From Mobula hypostoma (taxonomy: Eukaryota), in contig NC_086097.1 in NCBI RefSeq assembly GCF_963921235.1, positions 227,232,001 through 227,296,000 of the forward strand: a DNA stretch of 64,000 bases, in the 5' to 3' direction. This document shows positions 53,301 through 64,000 of the stretch, in pieces (the stretch's first letter is position 1; each line of letters opens with the position of its first letter). The position numbers and the translations under genes are program-made. Under the pieces are notes generated by a model. The model had not been told where the DNA came from. It searched no databases and saw only the letters and a program-made list of their open reading frames with translations.

Positions 53301-54854
53301 CAGTGCTTATAGAAAGTATTCACCCCTCCTTGGAAGTTTTTATGTTTTATTGTTTTACAGCAATGAATCACAGTGGATTTAAGTTGACTTTTTTGACAAC
53401 TGATGAACAGAAAAAGGACTCTTATGTCAGAGTGAAAAGGGATCTCTACAAAGTGATCTAAATTAATTACAAATTTAAAACACAAAATGATTGATTGCAC
53501 AAGCATTCACCTCCTTTTAATATGACACACTAAATCATTATTGGTGCAGCCAATTGGTTTTAGAAGACAAAATTAGTTAATGTGTCCTTGCTATATACAA
53601 ATCTGTGTGCAGTCAAGCTGTTTCAATTGATTGTAGTAAAAAAGACCTGTATCTGGAAAGTCTAACTGCTGGTGAGTCAGTATCCTGGCAAAAACTACAC
53701 CATGAAGACAAGCGAACACTCCAAGCAACTCTGTGAAAAAGTTATTGAAAAGCACAATTTCAGGAGATGGATACAAGAAAATTTCCAAATCACTGAATAT
53801 CCCTTGGAATTGTCAGTCATCAAGAAATGGAAAGAATATGGCACAGCTTTAAATCTACCTAGAGCAAGCTGTCCTTAGAAACTGAGTGACTGTGCAAGAA
53901 AGAGAAAAGACCACTAAGAGACCTATGACAACTCTGGAGGAGTTACAAGCTTCAGTGTCTGAGGTGGGAGAGAGTGAGCATACAACTGTTGCCCAGTTGC
54001 AGCTTTATGTGAGAGTGGCAAAGAGAAAGCCACCGTTGAAAAAAAAAACTCACATGAAGTCTTGACTGGAGTTTACCAGAAGGCAAGTGGGAGATTCTGA
54101 AGTCACCTGGAAGAAGGTTCTACAGTCTGATAAACCAAAATTGAGCTTTTTGGCCATCAGATTAATGCTATGTTTGGCGTAAGCCAAACACCGCACATCA
54201 TTAAAAACACACGATCCCTACCATGAAGCACGGTATGGGGATGCTTCACTGCAGCAGGCCCTGGAAGGCTTGTGAAGGTAGAGGGTAAAATGAATGTAGC
54301 AAAATACAAGGAAATCCTTTAAGAAAACCTGCTGCAGTCTACAAGAGAACTTGGGAGATTTGTTTTCCAGAAAGATAATGACCCAAGCATAAAGCTACGC
54401 AGGAATAGCTTAAAAATAACAAAGCTAATGTTCTGGCCAATTCAGAGTCCAGACTTCAATCCAATTGAGAATGTGTGGCTGGACTTGAAGAGGGTGGTTC
54501 ACTCACAATCTCTATGCTACCTGACAGAGCTTGAGCAGTTTTGCAAAGAAGAATGGGAAAAATTTGCAGTGTCCAGAGAGCTATCCACACAGACTCAAGG
54601 CTGTAATTGCTGCCTATGGTGCATTTACTAAATACTGACTTGAAGGGTGTGAATATTTATGCAATCAATTACTTTGTGTTTCAAATTTGTAATTAATTTA
54701 GATCACTTTGTAGAGATCTGTTTTCACTTTGACATGGAAGAGTCTTTTTCTGTTGATCAGTGTCAAAAGGAGCCACATTAAATCCACTGATTTAATGTTG
54801 TAAAACAATAAAGCATGAAAACTTCCAAGGGGGTGAATCTTTTTATAGGCACTG
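53301..54854 (+). mobile_element. Tc1-like DNA transposon with long TIRs and decayed transposase (about 53702-54638)
   Basis: TA-CAGTG...CACTG ends with about 180-bp inverted repeats; MKTSEHSKQL, IKKWKEYG and WPIQSPDFNPIENVW motifs. Confidence 0.9.
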
Positions 54855-54914
54855 TCTGTAATTGTGCACAGACACAACAAATTAGACAGGTGTGCAATGT
54901 GTCCCCTCGCATTC

Positions 54915-57745
54915 ATCTGAACTCCAGCGAGTACAAGCCTAGAGCCATTAGAGACTTGTCATGTTAACTCCTTCATTCTTGGAATCATTCTCATGAACTT
55001 TCTCCAAATGCCTGCACATCTTTTCTTTGCTATGGGGTCCATAACTGCTCACAACTCACAATACTCCAAAAGTGGTCTGTCCAATACTTATAAAGCATCA
55101 GTATTATATCCTTGTTCTTGTATTCTGGTCCTCCCAAAATGAATGCTAACATTGCATTTGTCTTCCTTTCCACCAAATTCAACCTGCAAGTTACCCTTGA
55201 GGGAATCCTGCACAAGTACTCACAAGTCCCTTTGCAACTCAGATTTTTGTATTTTCTCCCTATTTAGAAAATAGTCTGCACCTTTATGTTGTACCAAAGT
55301 ACACGACCATGCACTTCCCTACATCTTATTCCATCTGCTACTTCTTTGCCCATTCTCCCAATCTGTCTAAGTCATTCTGCAGACTCCCTGTTTCCTCAAA
55401 ACAACCTGCTTCTAAATTTATCTTCATATCATCTACAAATTTGGCAATAAAGCCATCAATTCCATCTTCCAAATCATTAACATATAATGTGAAAAGAAAC
55501 AGTCCCAACACTGAACACCATGAAACACCACTAATTGCCGGCAGCCAAAGGGTAAAGCCCCCTTTATTCCCACTCTTTTTCTCCTGCCAGACAACCAATG
55601 CTCTATCCATGTTACCATCTTTCCATTCTCATCTTGTTAGGGAGCCTCATGTGCGGCACCTTGCTCAAAGACCTTCTGAAAATCCATGTAAACAACATGC
55701 ACTGACTCTCTTTCATCTATCTTGCTTGTTCTTTTGTCAAAGAATTCCAACAGGTTTGCAGGCAAGATTTCTCCTTAAGGAAACCATGCTGCATTTTAGC
55801 CTATTTTATCATTGCCTCAAAGTTCCCTGAAACTTCGTCCTTATTAACAGTTTTCGAACATCTTCCCAACCACTGGAGTCAAGCTAACTGGCCTATAATT
55901 TCCACTTTTCTGCCTATCTCCTTTCTTAAAGAGTTGAATGACATTTGCAATTTTCCAGTCTTCAGAAATCATTCCAGAATCTAGCGATTCTTGAAAGATC
56001 ATTACTAATGCCTCTACAGTCTCAACTACCTCTTTCAGAACCCAGGTGTATTATCCACCTTCAGACTTTTCAGCTTTCCAAGAACCTTCTCCTTAGTAAT
56101 AACAGTGACACTTCAGTTCTTCTCCCTGTCACTCTCACATTTCTGGCATTTCTGCTCGCATCTTCCACAATAAAGATTGATACAATGTACTCACTCAGTT
56201 CATCCTCCATTTCTTTGTCCCCCAATATTAGCACCCTGGCATCATTTTCCAGTGATCCAATATCTACTCTTGCCTCTCTTTTACTCCTTATATGTTTGAA
56301 AAAACTTTTTATTTACTCTTTTATATTATTAGCTAGCTTACCTTCAGATTCAGTCTTTTCTCTCCTTATGGCTTTTTAGTTGCCTTCTGTTGGTTTTTAA
56401 AAACCTCTTAATCCTCTCATTTCACACATTTTTTTCTATATTATATGCCATCTCTTTTGCTTTTGTATTGTCTTTTCCTCCCCTTGTCTGCCTCCGTTGC
56501 CTCATCCCCCCTTTAGAATACTTCTTTTGGATGTATCTATCCTGTGACTTCCAAATTTCTCCCAGAAATTCCAGCCATTACTTTTCTGCCATCATCCTTG
56601 CTAGTGTCCCCTTCCAATCAACTTTGAACAGCTCCTCTCTCATGCCTCTGTAATTTCCTTTAATCCACTGTAATACTGATACAGAATTATTCCTCACAGA
56701 AACTACAGTGTGAATTTTATATTTTGGTCACTGCTTCCTAAGGGTTCCTTTACTGTAAGCTCTTTAATCAAATATAGTTTATTACACAACACCCAATACA
56801 GAATAGCTAAAATTCCAGTGGGCTCAAACACAAGCTGTTCTAAAAAGTCATCTTGTAGACATTCTACAAATTGTCTTGCTTCTGATCCAGCACCAACCTG
56901 ATTTTGCAAATCTACCTGCACTATTGTAAAATTGCCATTTTTACCTGTGTTGTATATCTTCACTTGTAATGTGTAGCCTATATCCTGGCAACTGTTCAGA
57001 GCCCTGAAAATAACTGTCATCAGGGTCTTTTTACCCATGCAGTTTCATAACTCTACCTTCAAGGATTCTGTGTCTTCCAATCCTATGACACCTCTTTCTA
57101 AGGATTTGATTTTATACCAACTGAGCCACACTACACCCTCTGCCGACCTGCCTGTCCTTTTGATAGAATATGTATTCTTGGATGTACCTTCCCCAAAAGA
57201 GATCACAATCTGAAACCCTGCCCCCTGCTCCAGTTCCGCAGCTGCATATTCATCTGCCGAAACATCCTATTATCCTCAATAGTGTGTCACACAGGCAGCA
57301 ATCCAAAGTTACTACCCTTAAGGGCCTGCTTTTCAGAATTCTACCAGACTCCCAATATTCTCTCTTCAGGACCTCCTCTCTTTTCCTAGCTACTTTGTTG
57401 GTACCAATATATACCATGCTTCAAAATTCTGTGGACCCAATCCAAGACATCCCTGACCCTGGTAACATACTATCTGGGTATCTGTTTTACATCCACAGAA
57501 TCTCCAGCCTGTTCCTCTAACTATGGAATCCCCTATTGCTACCATACTCCCCTTCCTCCCCCTTCTGTGCCACAGAGCCACTCAGTGCCAGACATCAGTT
57601 GCTGCAGTTTTCCCTGGTAGATTGTTACCAGCGCCACGTATCCAAAGTTGTATTATTGAGGGGTTTGGCTACAGGGGCATTCTGCACTGGATGCCTATTC
57701 CCCTTCCCTCCCTTGACGGTCACCTAGGTTTCTGCTTCCTGCAAC
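54915..57745 (-). mobile_element. Old CR1 copy including an ORF1 esterase remnant
   Basis: KFVDD RT remnant, GSSD APE remnant and VAIGDSIVRG (SGNH/GDSL-type ORF1). Confidence 0.85.
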
Positions 57746-57746
57746 T

Positions 57747-59237
57747 TAGAAACATAGAAAACCAACAGCACAATACAGGCCTTTCGGCCCACAATGCTGT
57801 GCCGAACATGTACTTACTTTAGAAATTACCTAAGGTTATCCATAGCCCTCTATTCTTCTAAGCTCCATGCACCTACCAAAGAGTCTCTTAAAAGACCTTA
57901 TTGTATGCACCTCCACCACTGTCACCGGGAGCCCATTCCACGCACTCACCACTCTCTGTGTAAAAACTTACCCCTGACATCTCCTCTGTGCCTACTTCCA
58001 AGCACCTTAAAACTGTGCCCTCTTGTGTTAGCCATTTCAGCCCTGGGAAAAAGCCTCTGACTATCCACACAATCAATGCCTCTCATCATCTTATACACTT
58101 CTATCAGGTCACCTCTCATCCTACATCGCTCCAAGGAGAAATGGCCAAATTCCCTCAACGTACGGCATGCTCCGCAGTCTAGGCAACGTCATTGTAAATC
58201 TCCTCTGCATGCTTTCTATAGTTTCTACAACCTTCCTGTAGTGAAGTGACCAGAACTGAGCACAGTGCGCCAAGTGGGGTCCTATATAGCTGTAACATTA
58301 CCACGTGGCTCTTGAAATCAATCCCACGGTTGATGAAGGCCAATACACCATATGCCTTCTTAACCATACAGTCAAGCATCAGCTTTGTGTGTCCTATGGA
58401 CTCGGACCCCAAGATTCCTCTGATCCTCTACACTACCAAGAGTCTTACTGTTAATACTATATTCTGCCATCATATTTGACCTACCAAAATGAACTCCATC
58501 TGCCACTTCTCAGCCCAGTTTTGCATCCTATTGATGTCCCGCTGTAACCTCTGACAGCTCTCCACACTATCCACAACACCCCCAACCTTTGTGTCGTCAA
58601 CAAATTTACTGACCCATCCCTCCACTTTCTCATCTAGGTTGTTTATAAAAATCACGAAGAGGAGGGGTCCCAGAACAGATTCCTGAGGCACACCACTGGT
58701 CACCGACCTCCATGCAGAATATGACCCGTCTACAACCACTCTTACCCTTCTGTGTGCAAGCTAATTCTGGATCCATAAAGCAAAGTTGTCCCCTTGGATC
58801 CCATGCCACCTTACTTTCGCAATAAGCCTTGCACGAGGTACCTTATGAAATGCCTTGCTGAAATCCATATACACTACATCTACTGCACTACCTTCATCAA
58901 TGTGTTTAGTTACATCCTCAAAACATTCAATCAGGCTTGTAAGGCATGACCTGCCTTTGACAAAGCCATGCTGACTATTCCTAATCATATTATGCCTCTC
59001 TAAATGTTCATAAATCCTGCCTCTCAGGATCTTCTCCATCAATTTACCAACCATTGAAGTAAGACTCGCTGGTCTATAATATCCTGGGCTATCTCTATTC
59101 TCTTTCTTGAATAAGGGAACAACATCTGCAACCCTCCAATCCTCTGGAACTTCTCCCATCCCCATTGATGATGCAAAGATCATTGCCAGAGGCTTAGCAA
59201 TCTCCTGCCTCGCGTCCCACTGTAGCCTGGTGTATAT
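57747..59237 (-). mobile_element. CR1 ORF2 3' part, interrupted by the Gmr1-type element
   Basis: SQHGFVKGRSCLT, GVPQESVLGP and KFVDD motifs plus 3' UTR. Confidence 0.9.
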
Positions 59238-60078
59238 TGTTACATACCCCGTAACTGGGTTGCCAAACCAGCAGAAATGGACCACTTAGTTGGAGTCTGG
59301 ATTACTGGCACTAAGGAAGTTTTATTAAAGAAATAAGTAACACAGTACTCTAAACGTAAGGATATAAATGCAACGGGTTAGCAATGATAAAACACACATG
59401 TAGACAGAACTAGGATAATAGGATCAATCAAGCTCTATCGCAGTCTAGGGGTAAAATGATCAGTCTCAAGTGACACAGAGTTCAGTTCAGTTCAGTTCGC
59501 AGTAATTGCTGTTGTGCCATTGCGGGGAGAGAGAGAGCGAAAGATGATATTCAAATCGGATTCAACAGACCTTTGATATTCCTCGCAGTTAGCTTTTGGG
59601 CGAGCCCTTTGTAATGTCTTTTGAGGTCACCGACTGTGACCCCTCCGTTCCGGATACAATCGTTCTTCTGCGGTGAACCCGGCACCCAGGCAAGGGTGGA
59701 CACACACACCAGGTTCCTGCCGATCGTACCTTCACACCCTGTGCGTCTATGGTTGGTCCCGCGACCAGACCTCCAAAACTCTCACCAACTTGTGGGGGCA
59801 CACCGCTTCTCTAGGGTCTCGTTATCTCGTGGTGTCGTGGTGTGTGCTTGCCTTAGCGAACCTGTTTCTTTTATCCCCCTGCTGGGGTATCGCCTGTCCA
59901 CCAAACTTCAAACAGTTCAGGTTCAAAGCAACCAGTCTAAACAATACTCGGACCTGTGTCTCTTTTCGGTAATCTCTCTCGTCTTTCTCTGATTAGCATT
60001 TTGAATGTTTCCCCCATTTGTCTCTCTCTTATCTCTCTTCTCGGTATCAATCTTCTGATAACCTGGTATTTTTTCACA
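59238..60078 (-). repeat. 3' LTR (841 bp) of Gmr1-type element
   Basis: TG...CA termini; about 97% identical by eye to 63343-64000 over the shared part. Confidence 0.92.
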
Positions 60079-60350
60079 TACCCCTATCCTTCAAAGGATT
60101 TTTACCGGGGTAAAAATTATTGGCATGAATACATTATTAGATACACACAAATATACATGTTCATCAGCTATTTGGCTAATACAGAGAATTTTAAGTTGTC
60201 AACACCTTGACAGACAGTCAGCAATCACATTTTCCGTTCCTTTTATATGTGTTATTTTAATAATCCTCTAAGACCAGGCTCCAACTTAGCAAACTTCATA
60301 GTGGCCAAAAACACTAATGAATTGTGATCAGTGTAACTTCTCAGTGGTTT

Positions 60351-61394
60351 TCATCCCGGACCGAGATAACAAGGGTCGTCCCATACCAACTTAGCATTCT
60401 TTGGCAAGAGCTTAATAAGAGGGTGGGTAATATCTGCAAAGTTCTTGCAAAACTTCCTATAGTACCCCACCATCTCCAAGAACCTTCTCAGGGCTCTCTT
60501 GTCTGTCGGGGTTGGGACATCGGAGAAAGCCCGCATCTTAACTTGCATCGGTGCCAGCTGCCCCTGTCTTACCACAAATCCCATACAAGTGACCTTCGCG
60601 TGGCCGAATTCACTTCTTGCGAGGTTCACTGTCAGGCTGGCTTCGGACAGCCGTTTAAACAACTCCTGTACTGCCACAATGTGCTCCTCCCACGTGTCAC
60701 TCCAGACCACTACATCGCCAATATACACTTCTGTGTTCTTTAGCCCTTTTGTCACTGAATTAATCATTCTATAGGGGTGTTGCTCACTAGGCTGACCTGA
60801 TGTAACAGCAACACCATGTCCCAGCTCTTTGCATCGCCTCGGGACATTCGGACATACGTGTGTGTGCCGTTTAATTAGTTCTCTTAGCGGGTCGCTTTGT
60901 TCGGGGATTAAGGGAGAGACCTTATCAGCAAAGCTGGCCAAAACAATAGACTTCTCCCATCTGGTCAGCACCATACTTACCTTTTCGAAATGGGTTTTCC
61001 CCTTATCAGGTGGCACCATAGCCTCATTAATTTTCATGATATCACCAGCTAGATCTGTTTTCTGATCGTGGTGAGCTTTTAACATGTTAATAGCCTCTAA
61101 CTGCGTTAACTCACGTCTACAAAAGTCAATAACATCCTTCCTCCTGTGTGGCCAGTAGAACTCTTTCATGATTCTGCTGACTGTTTTCCTCCCTCCAAAA
61201 TGTCCACCGAGGGGTATCTTGTGGGCCAGGTTAAGAATCTCATCCCCATAAATTTTTGGCACCACCCCCCATTCCTCATCTGCGGGCACAGTACTTGGTC
61301 TCCATTTCTTCCTTAGTACTCCCTCCTCCACACAATAGCCCACTGGCTCCCTTTTTAATTCTGCTTCAGAGAGAGCTGTCTCCGCCGAAACCAT
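60351..61394 (-). pseudogene. Internally deleted pol: integrase HHCC piece fused in frame to RT C-terminal half
   Basis: HKIPLGGHFG...FYWP...FC followed by YIGDVVVWSDTWEEH and RRFLEMVGYYRKF. Confidence 0.8.
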
Positions 61395-61444
61395 CAGCTC
61401 CTCGTCTCGCTCCTGTGCCCGTACAAATTCCTTCCTAGCTAATG

Positions 61445-63244
61445 CTAAGTCTGCCTCAGCTCCCTCACTTCCTCCTGTTCCACTACGCTCCTTCTTTTCA
61501 CTTTCTCCCTCCCCCGGTACAAGGCTGGTAGAAACGTCTCAGCTAAATTTACTTCGGCAGCCTTTCTGGACACACACCGAGTCACTGCGCAAATGGGATA
61601 AAGCTGTGAGTCTATGGGCGGGGCCTCAATGCTGGCAGGCTGGCTTGTCAGTTTTACTGCTGAGAACACATTTCCGCCGGCGAGGTCATTACCGAGTAAG
61701 ACCTCCACGTCTTTCATCGGTAGTTCGAGCCTCACCCCGATCGTGACCAGTCCAGAGACCAAGTCGCTTTTTAGGTGTATCTGGTGCAAAGGTACTGCCT
61801 CAGTCCCTTTCCCAATGCCTTTTATGACTCTGACCTCCCCAGTCTGGGTCTCTGAGCTAAAGTCTAACACACTCTTTAATATCAATGACTGACACGCTCC
61901 CGTGGCTCTCCAGATCCGTACTGGAACTGGGTTTAACCCCTCCTTCACTAACACCAATCCGGCCGAGATAAACCTCTCGCGCCCTTCCTGAACTTTGTCA
62001 GACCTCTTTTCTCTTAGCGGTTTGCTTACCAGCTCAATACAGCCAGTCGGAACTGCCGTTTTTCCTTTCTCCGCCTCCTTCTTTGGCGCAAAGCACCTGG
62101 ACGCAAAATGTCCGACTTTCCCACAATTGTAACATACGACCCCAGTAGACTTCCTACCAAACTGCTCCCGGTCTACCTTATCCTTCTCACTAGTCCCCGG
62201 CTTACTTTCTGACTTTTTTGGCGGACTCTCCCCACCGACCTGACTACCCTTCTGGTAGCCTTTACTCGGGGCAAACTTCGTTTTATGTGTCAACGCGTAC
62301 TCATCCGCTAACTTAGCAGTTGCGGCTAAAGTGTCTGCCTCTTTCTCATCTAGATAGGGTCTCATACCTTCAGGGACACAACCTTTAAACTGCTCAGTCA
62401 GTATTAGCTGTAGCAGTCTGTCATAATCCCCATTGACCCCTTTCGAGGCACACCAACGCTCACAATATGTCTGCAGCTCACGGGCAAACTCTAAATACGT
62501 GCGGTCCCACTGCTTCCTCGCATTCCGGAACCTCTGCCGGTATGCCTCCGGGACCAGCTCATAAATCTTGAGGATGGCCTCTTTCACCACCTCATACCTC
62601 TGGGCATCTTCTGCGGACAAAGCCGAGTAAGCTTGTTGGGCATTTCCTTTAAGTACACTCTGATGCAAAACAGCCCACTTGTCTCTCGGCCAGTCCTGAC
62701 TTACAGCAACTTTTTCAAAATGGAGAAAGTACCAATCAACATCGGTCTCGTCAAATGGGGGAACCAGCCTAACCTGGGTCGCCCTGAACCCTCCACCTTG
62801 CTTCGGCATGGGCCCCTGCGCTGCCATAATCTTTAACCTCTCCAGCTCAAATTCCTTTTCCCTCTGTTTCTCTCTCGCTTCTCGTTCTAACTGCTTGTCC
62901 CTCTCTTCTCGCTCCAACTGCCTCTCTTCTCGTTGTCGTTCTAACTGTTTCTCTTTGTGTTCTAGCTCTCTTACCCGGAACTCGTGCTCGAGTCTCAATT
63001 TTTCAAGCTGCACCTGTACTGCGTCTCCACCAGGTTTTCCAATAGATATCACCTCCAGCTCCCCTTGGGGAAACACACCTTTAGACACATAATGCTCTAT
63101 GATAGCTCTGTGCATCTCCCCTCTCCTCATGGTCGATTTCCCCTTAAAAAGATTGAACCGTATGGCCACAGCTGCCAATTCTACTTTCCTGGCATCCTCT
63201 AATGCCTCCAAGGTCGGTGCCTTTAGAAATTCCTCAATCTCCAT
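61445..63244 (-). CDS. Gag-protease ORF (599 aa) with coiled coil, SCAN-like capsid domain and CCHC knuckle
   Basis: YELVPEAYRQRFR...LILTEQF; CYNCGKVGHFASRC; protease-like RATGACQSLI...LLGND. Confidence 0.88.
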   Translation of the reverse strand: MEIEEFLKAPTLEALEDARKVELAAVAIRFNLFKGKSTMRRGEMHRAIIEHYVSKGVFPQGELEVISIGKPGGDAVQVQLEKLRLEHEFRVRELEHKEKQLERQREERQLEREERDKQLEREAREKQREKEFELERLKIMAAQGPMPKQGGGFRATQVRLVPPFDETDVDWYFLHFEKVAVSQDWPRDKWAVLHQSVLKGNAQQAYSALSAEDAQRYEVVKEAILKIYELVPEAYRQRFRNARKQWDRTYLEFARELQTYCERWCASKGVNGDYDRLLQLILTEQFKGCVPEGMRPYLDEKEADTLAATAKLADEYALTHKTKFAPSKGYQKGSQVGGESPPKKSESKPGTSEKDKVDREQFGRKSTGVVCYNCGKVGHFASRCFAPKKEAEKGKTAVPTGCIELVSKPLREKRSDKVQEGRERFISAGLVLVKEGLNPVPVRIWRATGACQSLILKSVLDFSSETQTGEVRVIKGIGKGTEAVPLHQIHLKSDLVSGLVTIGVRLELPMKDVEVLLGNDLAGGNVFSAVKLTSQPASIEAPPIDSQLYPICAVTRCVSRKAAEVNLAETFLPALYRGREKVKRRSVVEQEEVRELRQT

Positions 63245-63320
63245 TTCTGCTGTTTGCCTTTTCTTTCTTTCGGAAATTTTAACCCAATCAATTTACCCAG
63301 TCCCAAATTTAGCATTCAAA

Positions 63321-63338
63321 ATCCCGGATGAGCCCCCA
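63321..63338 (-). promoter_or_regulatory. Primer binding site, tRNA-Pro type
   Basis: Minus strand tgggggctcatccgggat, one mismatch from the tRNA-Pro PBS TGGGGGCTCGTCCGGGAT, 4 nt from the LTR. Confidence 0.8.
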
Positions 63339-63342
63339 CTTA

Positions 63343-64000
63343 TGTTACGTACCCCGTAACTGGGTTGCCAAACCAGCAGAAATGGACCACTTAGTTGGAG
63401 TCTGGATTACCGGAACTAAGAAAGTTTTATTAAAGAAATCAGTAACACAGTACTCTAAACATAAGGATATAAATGCAACGGGTTAGCAATGATAAAACAC
63501 ACATGTAGACAGAACTAGGATAATAGGATCAATCAAGCTCTATCGCAGTCTAGGGGTAAAATGATCAGTCTCAAGTTACACAGAGTTCAGTTCAGTTCAG
63601 TTCAGTTCGCAGTAATTGCTGTTGTGCCGTTGGGGGGAGAGAGAGAACGAAAGATGATATTCAAATCGGATTCAACAGACCTTTGATATTCCTCGCAGTT
63701 AGCTTTTGGGCGAGCCCTTTGTAATGTCTTTTGAGGTCACCGACTGTGACCCCTCCATTCCGGATACAATCGTTCTTCTGCGGTGAACCCGGCACCGAGG
63801 CAAAGGTGGACACGCACACCAGGTTCCCGCCGATCGTACCTTCACGCCCTGTGCGTCTATGGTTGGTCCCGCGACCAGACCTCCAAAACTCTCACCAACT
63901 TGTGGGGGCACACCGCTTCTCCAGGGTCTCGTTATCTCGTGGTGTCGTGGTGTGTGCTTGCCTTAGTGAACCTGTTCCTTTTATCCCCCTGCTGGGGTAT
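63343..64000 (-). repeat. 5' LTR (partial) of Gmr1-type element
   Basis: Direct repeat of 59238 onward. Confidence 0.92.

Larger units (their letters stand above)
59238..64000 (-). mobile_element. Gmr1-type Gypsy LTR retrotransposon, non-autonomous; 5' LTR runs off the window
   Basis: Direct LTRs 59238-60078 and 63343 onward, PPT at 60079-60092, tRNA-Pro PBS, integrase zinc motif upstream of RT. Confidence 0.92.

Noticed and set aside
59589..63911. Duplicated 70-aa ORF MPPQVGESF...
   Set aside because: Lies within the two LTR copies; duplication is explained by LTR identity.

Overview
Eukaryotic, repeat-rich vertebrate DNA. The CR1, V-SINE, Penelope and Rex-like repeat mix suggests a cartilaginous fish such as a ray or shark (inference). 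The window lies inside one large plus-strand gene: six phase-0 exons (6968-7135, 9486-9569, 26261-26428, 26912-27154, 39791-40012, 49077-49307) splice into 372 aa of uninterrupted coiled coil, tentatively PMFBP1/CCDC18-like. No start or stop exon was identified. The introns hold many CR1 LINE copies, a young L1-clade 3' fragment with TSD, a Hero-type RLE retrotransposon, Penelope fragments (one with an intact minimal hammerhead ribozyme motif), Rex1-like and RTE fragments, a decayed Mag-type Gypsy, a Gmr1-type Gypsy with SCAN-like Gag and a deleted but in-frame pol, solo LTRs, and Tc1, Tigger, Harbinger and hAT derivatives. Most short ORFs in the track are antisense shadows of these elements. 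All family assignments come from motif recognition by eye, not database searches; identity figures are hand estimates.
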